Assembly: GCA_963727525.1 (NCBI GenBank) | Contig: CAVSGO010000003.1 | Span: 224,001-288,000, forward strand | From: an uncultured bacterium | Lineage (GTDB): Bacteria > Krumholzibacteriota > Krumholzibacteriia > LZORAL124-64-63 | Direction: 5' to 3' | DNA length: 64,000 bases | In this document: positions 49,443 to 57,813 of the stretch, piece by piece | Position numbering within the stretch: position 1 is the first letter of the stretch | How the letters are laid out: each line of letters opens with the position of its first letter | The notes under the pieces: generated by a model | What the model was told of the DNA's origin: nothing | What the model saw: only the letters and a program-made list of their open reading frames with translations | Databases searched by the model: none | Position numbers and translations under genes: made by a program

Positions 49443-50410
49443 CCACCTGGATCATGCTGGCCGCGCTCGCCGGAGCGGGCGGCGCGACGCCAATAGACCG
49501 GGAGGTGCCATTCGTGGTGCGACCCTACCGTGTGGATGACGGCGATACGTGGCGGGGCAACGCCGTATGCTATGGCCCGCACCGCGATGGCGAGCAGCCT
49601 GGCGTGGTCGAGCCTTCGGCATCCGAGATCGCCGAGGACCTGCACCTGATGGCGCCGCACTGGTCGCTGCTGCGCACCTATGGGGCCGATGGATATGCCG
49701 CCACGCTTCTCGCCCAGATCCGCGCGTCGCATCTGCCCCTGTATGTCATGCTCGGGGTCTGGATCGCCGCCGACGATGCGGTCGCCAACCAGCGCGAGAT
49801 CGACGCCGCGGTGCGACTGGCCCGTCAATACCCGGATCTCGTGACCTCCGTCTGCGTGGGCAACGAGACCCAGGTCTCATGGTCGTTCAACCGGGTGCCG
49901 CTCGACACGCTCGTCGCTGCCGTACGCCAGGTGAGGGCGGCCGTGGCGCAGCCAGTGACGGCCGCAGATGATTACCAGTACTGGCGCGAGCCCGAGAGCC
50001 GCCATCTCGCCGCCGAGGTCGACTTCCTCACGGTGCACGCCCATCCGCTCTGGAACGGTCGCCAACTGGAAGACGCGCTGCCCTGGCTACAGGACCAGCT
50101 CGCCGCCGTCCAGACCGTGCACCCCGACCGCGACCTCGTGATCGGCGAGACGGGCTGGGCCACCTCGGTGGCCGATCACGGCGAGCAGGCAAAGCTCATC
50201 AAGGGCAAGGTGGGCGAGCCGCAGCAACGCGAATTCTATCGGTCGCTGCGCGCCTGGGCCGACTCGACCCGGCAAGTGGTCTTCGTCTTCGAGGCCTTCG
50301 ACGAGCACTGGAAGGGCGGCGACGACCCGGCCGAGGTGGAGAAGCACTGGGGGTTGTTCCGGGCCGATCGAACGGCGAAGGCGGCGTTGGCGCCGGCACC
50401 ATCGCGCTGA
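49439..50410 (+). CDS. GH17-family beta-1,3-glucanase/transglycosylase
   Basis: ATGA overlap. Motifs 'RTYG', 'LGVWI', 'VGNE', 'IGETGWAT', 'FEAFDE.WK', 'EKHWGLF'. Confidence 0.85.
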   Translation: MTTWIMLAALAGAGGATPIDREVPFVVRPYRVDDGDTWRGNAVCYGPHRDGEQPGVVEPSASEIAEDLHLMAPHWSLLRTYGADGYAATLLAQIRASHLPLYVMLGVWIAADDAVANQREIDAAVRLARQYPDLVTSVCVGNETQVSWSFNRVPLDTLVAAVRQVRAAVAQPVTAADDYQYWREPESRHLAAEVDFLTVHAHPLWNGRQLEDALPWLQDQLAAVQTVHPDRDLVIGETGWATSVADHGEQAKLIKGKVGEPQQREFYRSLRAWADSTRQVVFVFEAFDEHWKGGDDPAEVEKHWGLFRADRTAKAALAPAPSR

Positions 50411-50576
50411 AACCTACCGGAAGCACTGACGCGACTTCCCTCGTCCGCAATAGCCATATTTCTGCTGGGCATGGCGAACAGCCTGCCCGTGCGTTTCTAT
50501 CGCAAGCGATAGTCATAGGCGCATGAGCGAGTCCAATGGTCGTGGCCGCGCCAGGACCGGTTCCGCGCGGCTCCGC

Positions 50577-51584
50577 CTACTCCATCGGATAACGCAGGCC
50601 GCACTGCGCGCGGATGGTGTCCATCGTTCGCACGATGGCCAGGCTCTCGCGCAGGGGCATGATGTCCGACTCGCGGCGACCGGTGCGGATCAGGTCCATG
50701 AACGCCTCGGCCTCATGCGCGTAGCCGGCGCCGCGACTCGGCAGGTCCATCACCTCGTCGTCATCGCTTTCGCGCTGCACGACGATGCGCGTGGCGCCCC
50801 ACCAGGGCTGGACGATCCGGATCCGGCCCGACGTGCCCAGCACGTGCGCCTCGCGCGGCGTGTCCAGGCGCAAGCTCGCCGCGAGCACCGCCAGGGCGCC
50901 GTCCGCGTGGCGCAGCAGGATCGCAACCTCCTCGTCGACACCCGTCGTGCCGAGGTTCGCTTTCGCCTGGATCTCGGCCGGCGTGCCGCAGAGCATCGAG
51001 GCGAGCGTCAGCGGATAGACGCCCACGTCGAGCAGGGCGCCGCCGCCCAGCTCCAGTGCGAACAGGCGGCTCGTAGGGTCCAGCGGCGCGCGGAATCCGA
51101 AGTCGGCCATGACCAGGCGCACGTCGCCGATGGCGCCGGTTGCGATCAGCTCGCGCACGCGCACGATCGCGGGCAGGAAACGGGTCCACACGGCCTCCAT
51201 CAGGACGCGATCCGCCCGGGCGGCCGCAGCGATCATGCGCTGCGCCTGCGCGGCGTTTATGGCCAGCGGTTTCTCGCACAGCACGTGCTTGCCGGCGGCC
51301 AGGCAGAGCAGCGTGTGCTCCTCGTGGCCCACGTGGGGCGAGGCGACGTAGATGGCGTCCACGTCGGGATCGTCGACCAGGGCGGCATAGCTGGCATGGG
51401 CGCGGGGGATCCCGAATTCGGCCGCGAACGCGGCCGCGCGCGCACCATCACGCGAGCCCACCGCCACCAGTTCGGCGCCCGCGGCCTCGCGCAGCCCCGC
51501 GGCGAATTTGCGGGCGATGCGGCCCGGAGCGAGGATGCCCCATCTGATCGTGCGCCCGGTCTGTCCTGATCTTCGGCGTGACAC
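50577..51584 (-). CDS. Gfo/Idh/MocA-family oxidoreductase
   Basis: 'RWGILAPG.IA', 'GKHVLCEKP', 'GGGALLDVGVY'. Confidence 0.92.
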   Translation of the reverse strand: MSRRRSGQTGRTIRWGILAPGRIARKFAAGLREAAGAELVAVGSRDGARAAAFAAEFGIPRAHASYAALVDDPDVDAIYVASPHVGHEEHTLLCLAAGKHVLCEKPLAINAAQAQRMIAAAARADRVLMEAVWTRFLPAIVRVRELIATGAIGDVRLVMADFGFRAPLDPTSRLFALELGGGALLDVGVYPLTLASMLCGTPAEIQAKANLGTTGVDEEVAILLRHADGALAVLAASLRLDTPREAHVLGTSGRIRIVQPWWGATRIVVQRESDDDEVMDLPSRGAGYAHEAEAFMDLIRTGRRESDIMPLRESLAIVRTMDTIRAQCGLRYPME

Positions 51585-51645
51585 GGTGTTTCCGTATACC
51601 TTGCGATTCTACTCGGTACCGCCCTGCTCGAGCGCGGCCAGCGTC

Positions 51646-52725
51646 TTACCGATCCAGGACCGCGAGCAACTCCTCGATGTTCCAATGTTCGGCGATGGAA
51701 CGCACCGAATCCCCGTCGCTGTTGGCCCGGTCCGGGTCGGCGCCCGCGGCCAGCAGCCGCTTGACCATCTCGCGCTGGCCTTCGAACAGGGCCCACATGG
51801 CTGGTGTGTTGCCAGCCGCGCCGACCGGATCGATCTCTACCCCGGCAGCCAGTAGCCGCGCGACCAGGTCGCTGTTGCCACCGATGGCCGCCAGATGCAG
51901 CGGTGTCAGGCCCAGGCCGGACCGCAGCGACTGATGAGCGGGATCGGCGCCGGCGGCCAGCAGCTGCCGGCCGACACCGGCATGGGCACAACGCCCGGCG
52001 ATCATCAACGGTGTGAACCCGATGGGGTCGGTGGCGTCGACCAGGGCACCGGCTGACATCAGCAACGCCACGACGCCTTCATCGCCGGCGGCGGCGGCCC
52101 GGTGCAAGGGCGAGCGGTCCACGCTGTCCCGGGCATCGACATGGCCACCGGCGGCCAGGGCGGCGCGCAAGGCAGCGGTGTCGGCGTCGGCGATCGCCGT
52201 GAACACCGCCTGATCGGCGGGTGCGACCTGTCGGGCCAGGCCCAGGCGTTCGGCCAGCGGCTGCAGCAGGGCCTCGTGCCCCCGTCGCCGGGCGACGTCC
52301 AGGGCATTGCCATGGCCGACCAGCGACGGATCCGCGCCCACCTCGAGCAGCATGGTGGTTGTGGCCAGGTAGCCGTAGTAGGCGGCCCAGTTCAGTGCGG
52401 TGTCGCCGGCCTTGTCCCGTGCGTCGGGGTCGGCACCGTGCGCCAGGAGCGTGCGGCCGACAGCCGTATTGTCGTGTTCGGCCGCCAACATCAGAGCCGT
52501 CGCGTTGTAGTAGTCGGCGTCGCGGGTTTCGGGCGACGCCCCGGCGGTGAGCCAGGTTTCGACGGCGGCCGGGTCGCCCGCGCGTACAGCGGCCAGGAGC
52601 GAGTCGGCCACGGCCACTGCAGAGGGTGCAGACTCCGTATCACTGGCCGCGAAGGCCGCGCCGGCACTTCCCAGCGCGATGACCAGGAGGCCGCCCAGAA
52701 GAGCCCGCCGCCGATCCCGCCTCAA
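51646..52725 (-). CDS. Secreted ankyrin-repeat protein
   Basis: Signal peptide and multiple TALMLAA/TPLHLAA...GADP repeats. Confidence 0.88.
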   Translation of the reverse strand: MRRDRRRALLGGLLVIALGSAGAAFAASDTESAPSAVAVADSLLAAVRAGDPAAVETWLTAGASPETRDADYYNATALMLAAEHDNTAVGRTLLAHGADPDARDKAGDTALNWAAYYGYLATTTMLLEVGADPSLVGHGNALDVARRRGHEALLQPLAERLGLARQVAPADQAVFTAIADADTAALRAALAAGGHVDARDSVDRSPLHRAAAAGDEGVVALLMSAGALVDATDPIGFTPLMIAGRCAHAGVGRQLLAAGADPAHQSLRSGLGLTPLHLAAIGGNSDLVARLLAAGVEIDPVGAAGNTPAMWALFEGQREMVKRLLAAGADPDRANSDGDSVRSIAEHWNIEELLAVLDR

Positions 52726-53060
52726 GGGCTGACCCCAGACAAACAGAAACTGCCGAGTCCGATAAATTTCATGCCGAGATCTCCTGCTATTGTCCGCAGC
52801 GAATCACCGTGCCGGTGAAGATACGGGACCCATCCAGGAGATTCAACCGGATCCGCTGGCGCACCAGAGTCAGCCGTTCGTCGTTCCGCGGCGAGGGTAT
52901 CCAGCTCGTTCTACGGCCGGTCACGATCGGTTCCGTCAATGGAACGGTGCCGACCGAGCAGGGCGTCGTACGCGAATTCTCAGGTCTCGCCCTGGTGGGC
53001 GACCAACCCACGAGATCGTGATGATTGCGCGGGCGTGCGCGCCGTGACGTCGCACCGGAC

Positions 53061-53089
53061 TTGACTCCGGTCGCCAAAGGTCCGACAAT
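53061..53089 (+). promoter_or_regulatory. Sigma70 promoter of the tusA/dsrE/metE-like operon
   Basis: TTGACT-N17-GACAAT, with the same -35 hexamer as two other promoters in the window. Confidence 0.7.
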
Positions 53090-53119
53090 TCCAGAGGTCT
53101 CCGTCGACAGGAATGTTCC

Positions 53120-53206
53120 ATGCTCCGATTCCTCGTTGTCACCGGCTTCACCTGAGGCCGCCCGCTGGACGCCGCCCGGGTCTGGCAGGCGCGTCGTGTC
53201 GGCTAG
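53120..53206 (+). CDS. Putative selenocysteine-containing leader peptide MLRFLVVTGFT-U-GRPLDAARVWQARRVG (28 aa)
   Basis: RBS AGGA (53109-53112) 7 nt before ATG 53120. In-frame TGA at 53153-53155, then a SECIS-like hairpin, then TAG at 53204-53206. Not in the supplied ORF track. Confidence 0.55.
53168..53195 (+). promoter_or_regulatory. Bacterial SECIS-like hairpin (leader)
   Basis: Apical CCG-GGTC-TGG (loop 53179-53182) on a GC-rich stem, 23 nt after the UGA. The GGUC loop matches the E. coli fdhF SECIS (GCA-GGUC-UGC). Confidence 0.6.
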
Positions 53207-53313
53207 CTGACGAGGAAACCGTCTTCTCCCGCACACACCCCCCGCCCTTCCGATCCCGGCGTCCACCCCTGGGCGTGACCTCGAGGCACATCCTCCAACC
53301 GGGATCAGCGAGC

Positions 53314-53559
53314 ATGGCGGGCTATCCGCGACACTGGAATTTCGACGACGTCTACGACTCCGTCGACCGCGGCTGCGGCGATTTCATCATCGACCTGCGT
53401 CAGGTCGTGCGCGAGCTCGAGCCGGGTGCGGTACTGATGATCGCGAGCCGCGACGCCGGTGCGCCCGTGGAAATCCCGGCCTGGTGCCGCCTCACCGGTC
53501 ATACCCTCCTCGATGCTGAGCCTCCGTTCTACCTCGTGCGCAAGCGCGAGGGCACCTGA
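53314..53559 (+). CDS. TusA/SirA-family sulfur carrier
   Basis: 81 aa. 'D..DRGCGD...LEPGAVL.I...D.GA..EIPAWCRLTGH', with CG in place of the canonical CPxP. Confidence 0.85.
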   Translation: MAGYPRHWNFDDVYDSVDRGCGDFIIDLRQVVRELEPGAVLMIASRDAGAPVEIPAWCRLTGHTLLDAEPPFYLVRKREGT

Positions 53560-53583
53560 CCCTGTTTCCGAAAGGATAGCGAC

Positions 53584-53949
53584 ATGGCAAGCACATTCTG
53601 CGTCACGATCTCCGAATGCAAGACCAACGGCGACAAGGCGACCCTGGGTTTCGTGGTGGCGAATGCCGCCCTGGGCAGCGACAAGGACACGATGGTGTTC
53701 CTGAGTGCCGATGGCGTGTGGGCCGCAGTGAAGGGCGAGGTCGACAAGATCAATGAGGGCGACCCGTTCGCGCCCTTGAAGGACCTCGTGGAGAAGTTCG
53801 TGAAGAACGGTGGCAAGATCCTCGTCTGCTCGCCGTGCATGAAGAAGCGCGGGCTCACGGAGGCGAACCTGGTGGAAGGCGCGTCACCAGCCGGCGGCGC
53901 GGCGCTCGTGGAGTGGCTGTCCAATGGGTCGCCCAGCGTGGGGTACTAG
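53584..53949 (+). CDS. DsrE-family sulfur relay protein
   Basis: 121 aa. 'VFLSADGV', 'GGKILVCSPC.KKRG'. Confidence 0.88.
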   Translation: MASTFCVTISECKTNGDKATLGFVVANAALGSDKDTMVFLSADGVWAAVKGEVDKINEGDPFAPLKDLVEKFVKNGGKILVCSPCMKKRGLTEANLVEGASPAGGAALVEWLSNGSPSVGY

Positions 53950-53950
53950 C

Positions 53951-54698
53951 ATGAGCGATCTCGAGAGCCTGCGGCCCGATCACGTGTTCGACGGCGGCGA
54001 TCTCGACTGCGGCAGCGGTCTGGTGCTGCTCATCCGCGAGCACATGCAGAACGGTGCCCGAGGGCGGCGTGCTGGAGATGCGCAGCGTCGAGGTCACGGT
54101 GATCGACGACCTGCCACCTTGGTGCCGCATGGTAGGCCACGAGTACCTCGGCCACCTGCCGGGCCAGACAGCGCAGCAGAAGCGTTACTTCGTGCGCAAG
54201 GGTGGGGGCGAGGCTGCGCGGGCCGAGCAGCAGGCGCTCGAGGACGACAAGGCGCGCGCCCGCGAGTTCGAATGGCGACTGCGGGCGCGCGCGTCCGGCC
54301 ACCTGGCCACCACGGTCTACTGCCGCAACTTCCAGTGGACCCTGGGGCAGTCGGCAAGTTTCGAGGAGACGGACCAGCACCCGTCGGCGGTGGAGGCGCT
54401 GCTGGGTGCCGTCGCCGCCGATCTGGTCACGGGGTTCGGTACGGCGTGCGCCCAGGCCGGTCTCGATGTGGACGACGTGGAGCTCACCATCCGCGGGCGT
54501 TTGCACGATCCCATGGCCTTGCTGGGCCTTTCCGGCGGCGACCCGTCGCTCGCGTCCATCGACGCGAAGCTGTTCGCGTCCACGTTCGATGATGAGGACC
54601 GCGTGCGCGCGGTGTGGGACACGGTGGTGGCGCGTTCGCCCCTGGTGGCCACGCTGCGCAAGGCCACCGCGATGGAAACCAGGATCGCCATCGTCTGA
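53951..54698 (+). CDS. TusA-like + OsmC-like fusion protein, +1 frameshift near 54050-54054
   Basis: 'FDGGDLDCGSGLVLLIREHM' continues in the next frame as 'VPEGGVLEMRS...DLPPWCRMVGH'. C-terminal OsmC-like fold 'PSAVEALLGAVAAD...RSPL..TL'. Confidence 0.75.
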
Positions 54699-54709
54699 GG
54701 AGGACGACC

Positions 54710-55861
54710 ATGTTCAACGTGACCCAGGTGGGGAGCTGGCCCCGCTCCCGCGACCTGTTGAAAGCTCTGCGCGCCAAGCAGAAGGGTGGGCTGAGCCGCG
54801 CGGAGTTCGAACGCGTGGCCGACGCGGAGGTGCGTCGCTGCGTGCAGCATCAGGTGGACGCCGGGGTGGATGTGATCGTGGACGGCGAGCACCGTCGCGA
54901 CAACTTCTACAGCTTCGTCACCGACAAGCTCGACGGTACCCGCCTCATGTCCCTCGCCGAGATGCTCGATACGGTGGACGACAAGTCTGCCTTCGAGGAG
55001 ATGCTCTCCACCCTCGACGTACCGGCCTCGGCCATCCGCAACCCCACCTGCACCGGCAAGCTGGCCAGGCGCGAACCGCTGGCGGTGGAGGAGCTGCGCT
55101 TCGTGCAGCAGCTCACGGACAGGCCCGTGAAGGTGACGCTCCCGGGTCCGTACCTGCTCACGCGATCGATGTGGGTGGGCGCGTTCAGCAAGGCCGGCTA
55201 CGGCGACAAGACCGAGCTGGGCGACGACGTCGTGCGCATCCTGCGCGAGGAACTCACCGAGCTTCGCGATGCCGGCGCGGCCTTCGTGCAGTTCGACGAG
55301 CCAGTGCTCACCGAGATCGTGATGAGTGAGGACTGCGACCGCCGCACCTTCATGTGAGCGACGCTTGCGACCCGCCGTGATGCGGGTGCCGAGCTGGAAT
55401 ACGCGGCGGACCTGATCAACCGCATCGTCGAGGGCGTCGACGGGGTGCGCACCGGTGTGCACGTGTGCCGGGGCAACTGGAGCCGCCAGGAGGAGGTTCT
55501 GCTCACCGGAGACTACCACGCCCTGTTGCCGGCGTTCACCGCGATGCAGGTGCGTCAGTTCGTGCTGGAGTACGCCACGCCGCGCGCGGGCGAGCTGCGC
55601 GTGGTGGGCGAGAGCCTGTGCGATCGCGAGATCGGCCTGGGCTGCGTGAATCCCCGCACCGACGAGGCCGAGGACCCGGCCACCATCGTGGCGCGGGCCG
55701 AGGAGGCCCTGCAGTACTGGCGCCCGGAGCAGATCTGGCTGAATCCCGATTGCGGCTTCGGCTGCTTCGCCAACCGCTGCGTGAACGAGGAGAGCCACGC
55801 CGTGGCCAAGCTGCGCAGTATGGTGACGGCGTCGCGGATCTTGCGGGAAAGGCACGGTTGA
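54710..55861 (+). CDS. Cobalamin-independent methionine synthase II-like (MetE catalytic-domain) protein with in-frame UGA at codon 216, putative selenoprotein
   Basis: RBS GAGGAGG. Before the TGA (55355-55357): 'VGSWPR', 'DGEHRR', 'KVTLPGP', 'VQFDEP'. After it, same frame: Zn-ligand motifs 'HVCRGN', 'LEY', 'NPDCGF'. 383 aa on readthrough. Confidence 0.85.
55363..55394 (+). promoter_or_regulatory. Bacterial SECIS-like hairpin (metE-like gene)
   Basis: GCTT-GC-(G)-ACCCGC / loop CGTGAT / GCGGGT-GC-(C)-GAGC. The loop lies 18 nt after the UGA and has GU at positions 2-3. Confidence 0.65.
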
Positions 55862-55924
55862 AGGGATTGGGGCGCACCAGGCGGCCCGGCGCAATCGGCG
55901 ATGCACGCGATCGCCGCTGCGAGC

Positions 55925-57769
55925 TCAGATCTGCTTCCGGAACCAGAGCACGATCCCGTACCCGAAGACACCAAACACGACAGACACGATGATGAGCATC
56001 GCCAGATCAAACCCCGACCCCGAGAGTATCTCGATACCCCAGCGTCCGCCCAACCTGATCGCGTGATCGTCGACAAGGCCCTTGAGATTTCCGACGAGAT
56101 CGAAGCCGAACGTACCGATTGCGATCAACCCGAGAAGATATGCGAGTCGGTTGTCATTGCGCTTGGCAATTCGCGCTTCACGATCCTGCGTCTGCTTCTC
56201 GACGTTGTCGACCATCGCTTCGATCGCGGCGACGTTGCGCGCGATGCCGCGCCGCGCCTCGAGAGCCTCGAACGTGTCCTTTTCGGTGTCGTATCGAAAT
56301 ACGTTGATGTAGCGCTTCTGCTGATAGTCGCTGACCTGCCGCCTGCGGAAGGCGTAGAAGAGTTCGGTCGCTGCGCGGAGATCGTGCTTCTCGTCGGCGC
56401 GAATCACCTCCCGGAGCAGGGACGTGGCGCTCCGCTCGTAGGCGCGCACGAAGAACTCATTGTGCATCGCGAGAGCGTGGATGAGAAACGCGTAGGGGCA
56501 GGTCCCGATCCAGTCATTGCCGGCCTCGAGGCTGCGGGAGCGAGACACGAACGTCATCAGTGCGCGAGGATTCGCGAAACGAATGAAGAAGCTCTCCTCT
56601 TCCTGTTCGGCCGTCGCCGGGTAGATCGGATCGAGGCTGTCGAGGACCTCGGAAGCATCCTGATTGATGAAGTCGATGATATTCTGGGTGAAGCCTGCAA
56701 GGAACAGATAGATCAGGTCTTCCTTGGCGAACTTCTCGATCTCGGCAAGGGGAAGTTTGACACGGGCGAGCCCGGAAGACTGGGCCGCGTCGCGACAATC
56801 CGTGACGAACTCCGGATACCGATCGAACGCATCCATCGTGACGCGGTCCATCCGCCTCACGCGAATCGGTTCACCGTGTTCACCCGGCCGGGACGGCGGT
56901 ACCAGCGCCTCGAAAAACTCGCGATCCTGAAAGAAGAACATGTAACGAGCGCGCGGCATCATCAGGCCAGGTATCTCGAGGAACGCGTCTTTCTCGATGT
57001 ACAATTCGAACGGGCTCGTGGCGGGAGGTCGTGACGCCGATGAATTGCGGATCCGGCGTTCCAGGTCCGAGAAGTCACGGTCGAATCGGGATGCGACCCA
57101 CGCCCACAGCGAGATGGTCTGGCCGCCGACAGGTTCACGCACGCAGACCGAATCCAGAGGCAGGATATGCGTCGGACGCGCCAGGACATGGGAGGCGCGC
57201 CCGTGCCCGCCGTAGCGAAATTCCTTGGGGGCGACGGCTTTCTGGAGCAAGCCTAGGCGGTAGAAATCAGCCGCCGAGTGCTCGTACGGTACCGAAAACG
57301 ACAAGTGGTAGGAAAGCGCGTAGGCGAGATGGACGTACCAGAATCGCCGCGCCCGCACCATGCGCACGTCTGGCTCTTCGAGATCGACCTCGAACGTCGT
57401 GCCCTCCGTCGTCCAGGTGATGGACCGCGGCATGTGCAACTCGAGTTCCTCGCCTTCGGGACGCCCCGAAACGTCGAGCAGAAAATCCAGGACCCGACCG
57501 TTACGCTCGCGGTTGGCGATATCGTTGAATAGCGGGTCCATCGCTTCCTGCAGGTCGCGAGTTCCGAGATACTCGCGGGGCGCGGGTGCTCCAGGGGCCT
57601 TGCCGCTCGACGATGCTTTTGGCATCCCCGATCGCGCCGGATCGCGATTCTCCGCGCTGAGGAATTCCTGGAACGTCGCCGGGAGTTCGTCGTGTCCGAT
57701 GTATAGCGAAATCGTGAAAGATAGTGTCCTGTCCGTACAGCTTTCCCATATCAGGCGAGCCTCGCTCAT
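55925..57769 (-). CDS. Hypothetical protein with CorA-like architecture (large soluble domain, coiled coil, two C-terminal TM helices)
   Basis: RBS GGAGG. Long helix 'IEAMVDNVEKQTQDREARIAKRNDNRL' then two hydrophobic segments and a basic tail. No GMN motif. Confidence 0.6.
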   Translation of the reverse strand: MSEARLIWESCTDRTLSFTISLYIGHDELPATFQEFLSAENRDPARSGMPKASSSGKAPGAPAPREYLGTRDLQEAMDPLFNDIANRERNGRVLDFLLDVSGRPEGEELELHMPRSITWTTEGTTFEVDLEEPDVRMVRARRFWYVHLAYALSYHLSFSVPYEHSAADFYRLGLLQKAVAPKEFRYGGHGRASHVLARPTHILPLDSVCVREPVGGQTISLWAWVASRFDRDFSDLERRIRNSSASRPPATSPFELYIEKDAFLEIPGLMMPRARYMFFFQDREFFEALVPPSRPGEHGEPIRVRRMDRVTMDAFDRYPEFVTDCRDAAQSSGLARVKLPLAEIEKFAKEDLIYLFLAGFTQNIIDFINQDASEVLDSLDPIYPATAEQEEESFFIRFANPRALMTFVSRSRSLEAGNDWIGTCPYAFLIHALAMHNEFFVRAYERSATSLLREVIRADEKHDLRAATELFYAFRRRQVSDYQQKRYINVFRYDTEKDTFEALEARRGIARNVAAIEAMVDNVEKQTQDREARIAKRNDNRLAYLLGLIAIGTFGFDLVGNLKGLVDDHAIRLGGRWGIEILSGSGFDLAMLIIVSVVFGVFGYGIVLWFRKQI

Positions 57770-57813
57770 GGGCGCCTCCACAGGTGTCGCTAATTCTGGC
57801 GGTCCAACAGTCA

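Noticed and set aside
52787-53047. Short ORFs on either strand between the ankyrin gene and the promoter
   Set aside because: No convincing RBS, motif or codon bias.
52770-53310. SAM or other known riboswitch upstream of the metE-like operon
   Set aside because: I could not find SAM-I/II/IV core motifs by eye. The leader is better explained by the uORF plus SECIS. An Rfam scan is still advisable.
54710-55861. Alternative genetic code (UGA = Trp or Gly) as the explanation for the in-frame UGA
   Set aside because: Many genes here end cleanly at TGA, including ATGA stop/start overlaps, and TGG is used for Trp throughout.
54710-55861. Two separate genes or a nonsense pseudogene (ORFs 54614-55357 and 55445-55861)
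   Set aside because: Both halves are in one frame and form a single domain with intact metal ligands, there is no other decay, and a SECIS-like hairpin follows the UGA. A pseudogene is not fully excluded.
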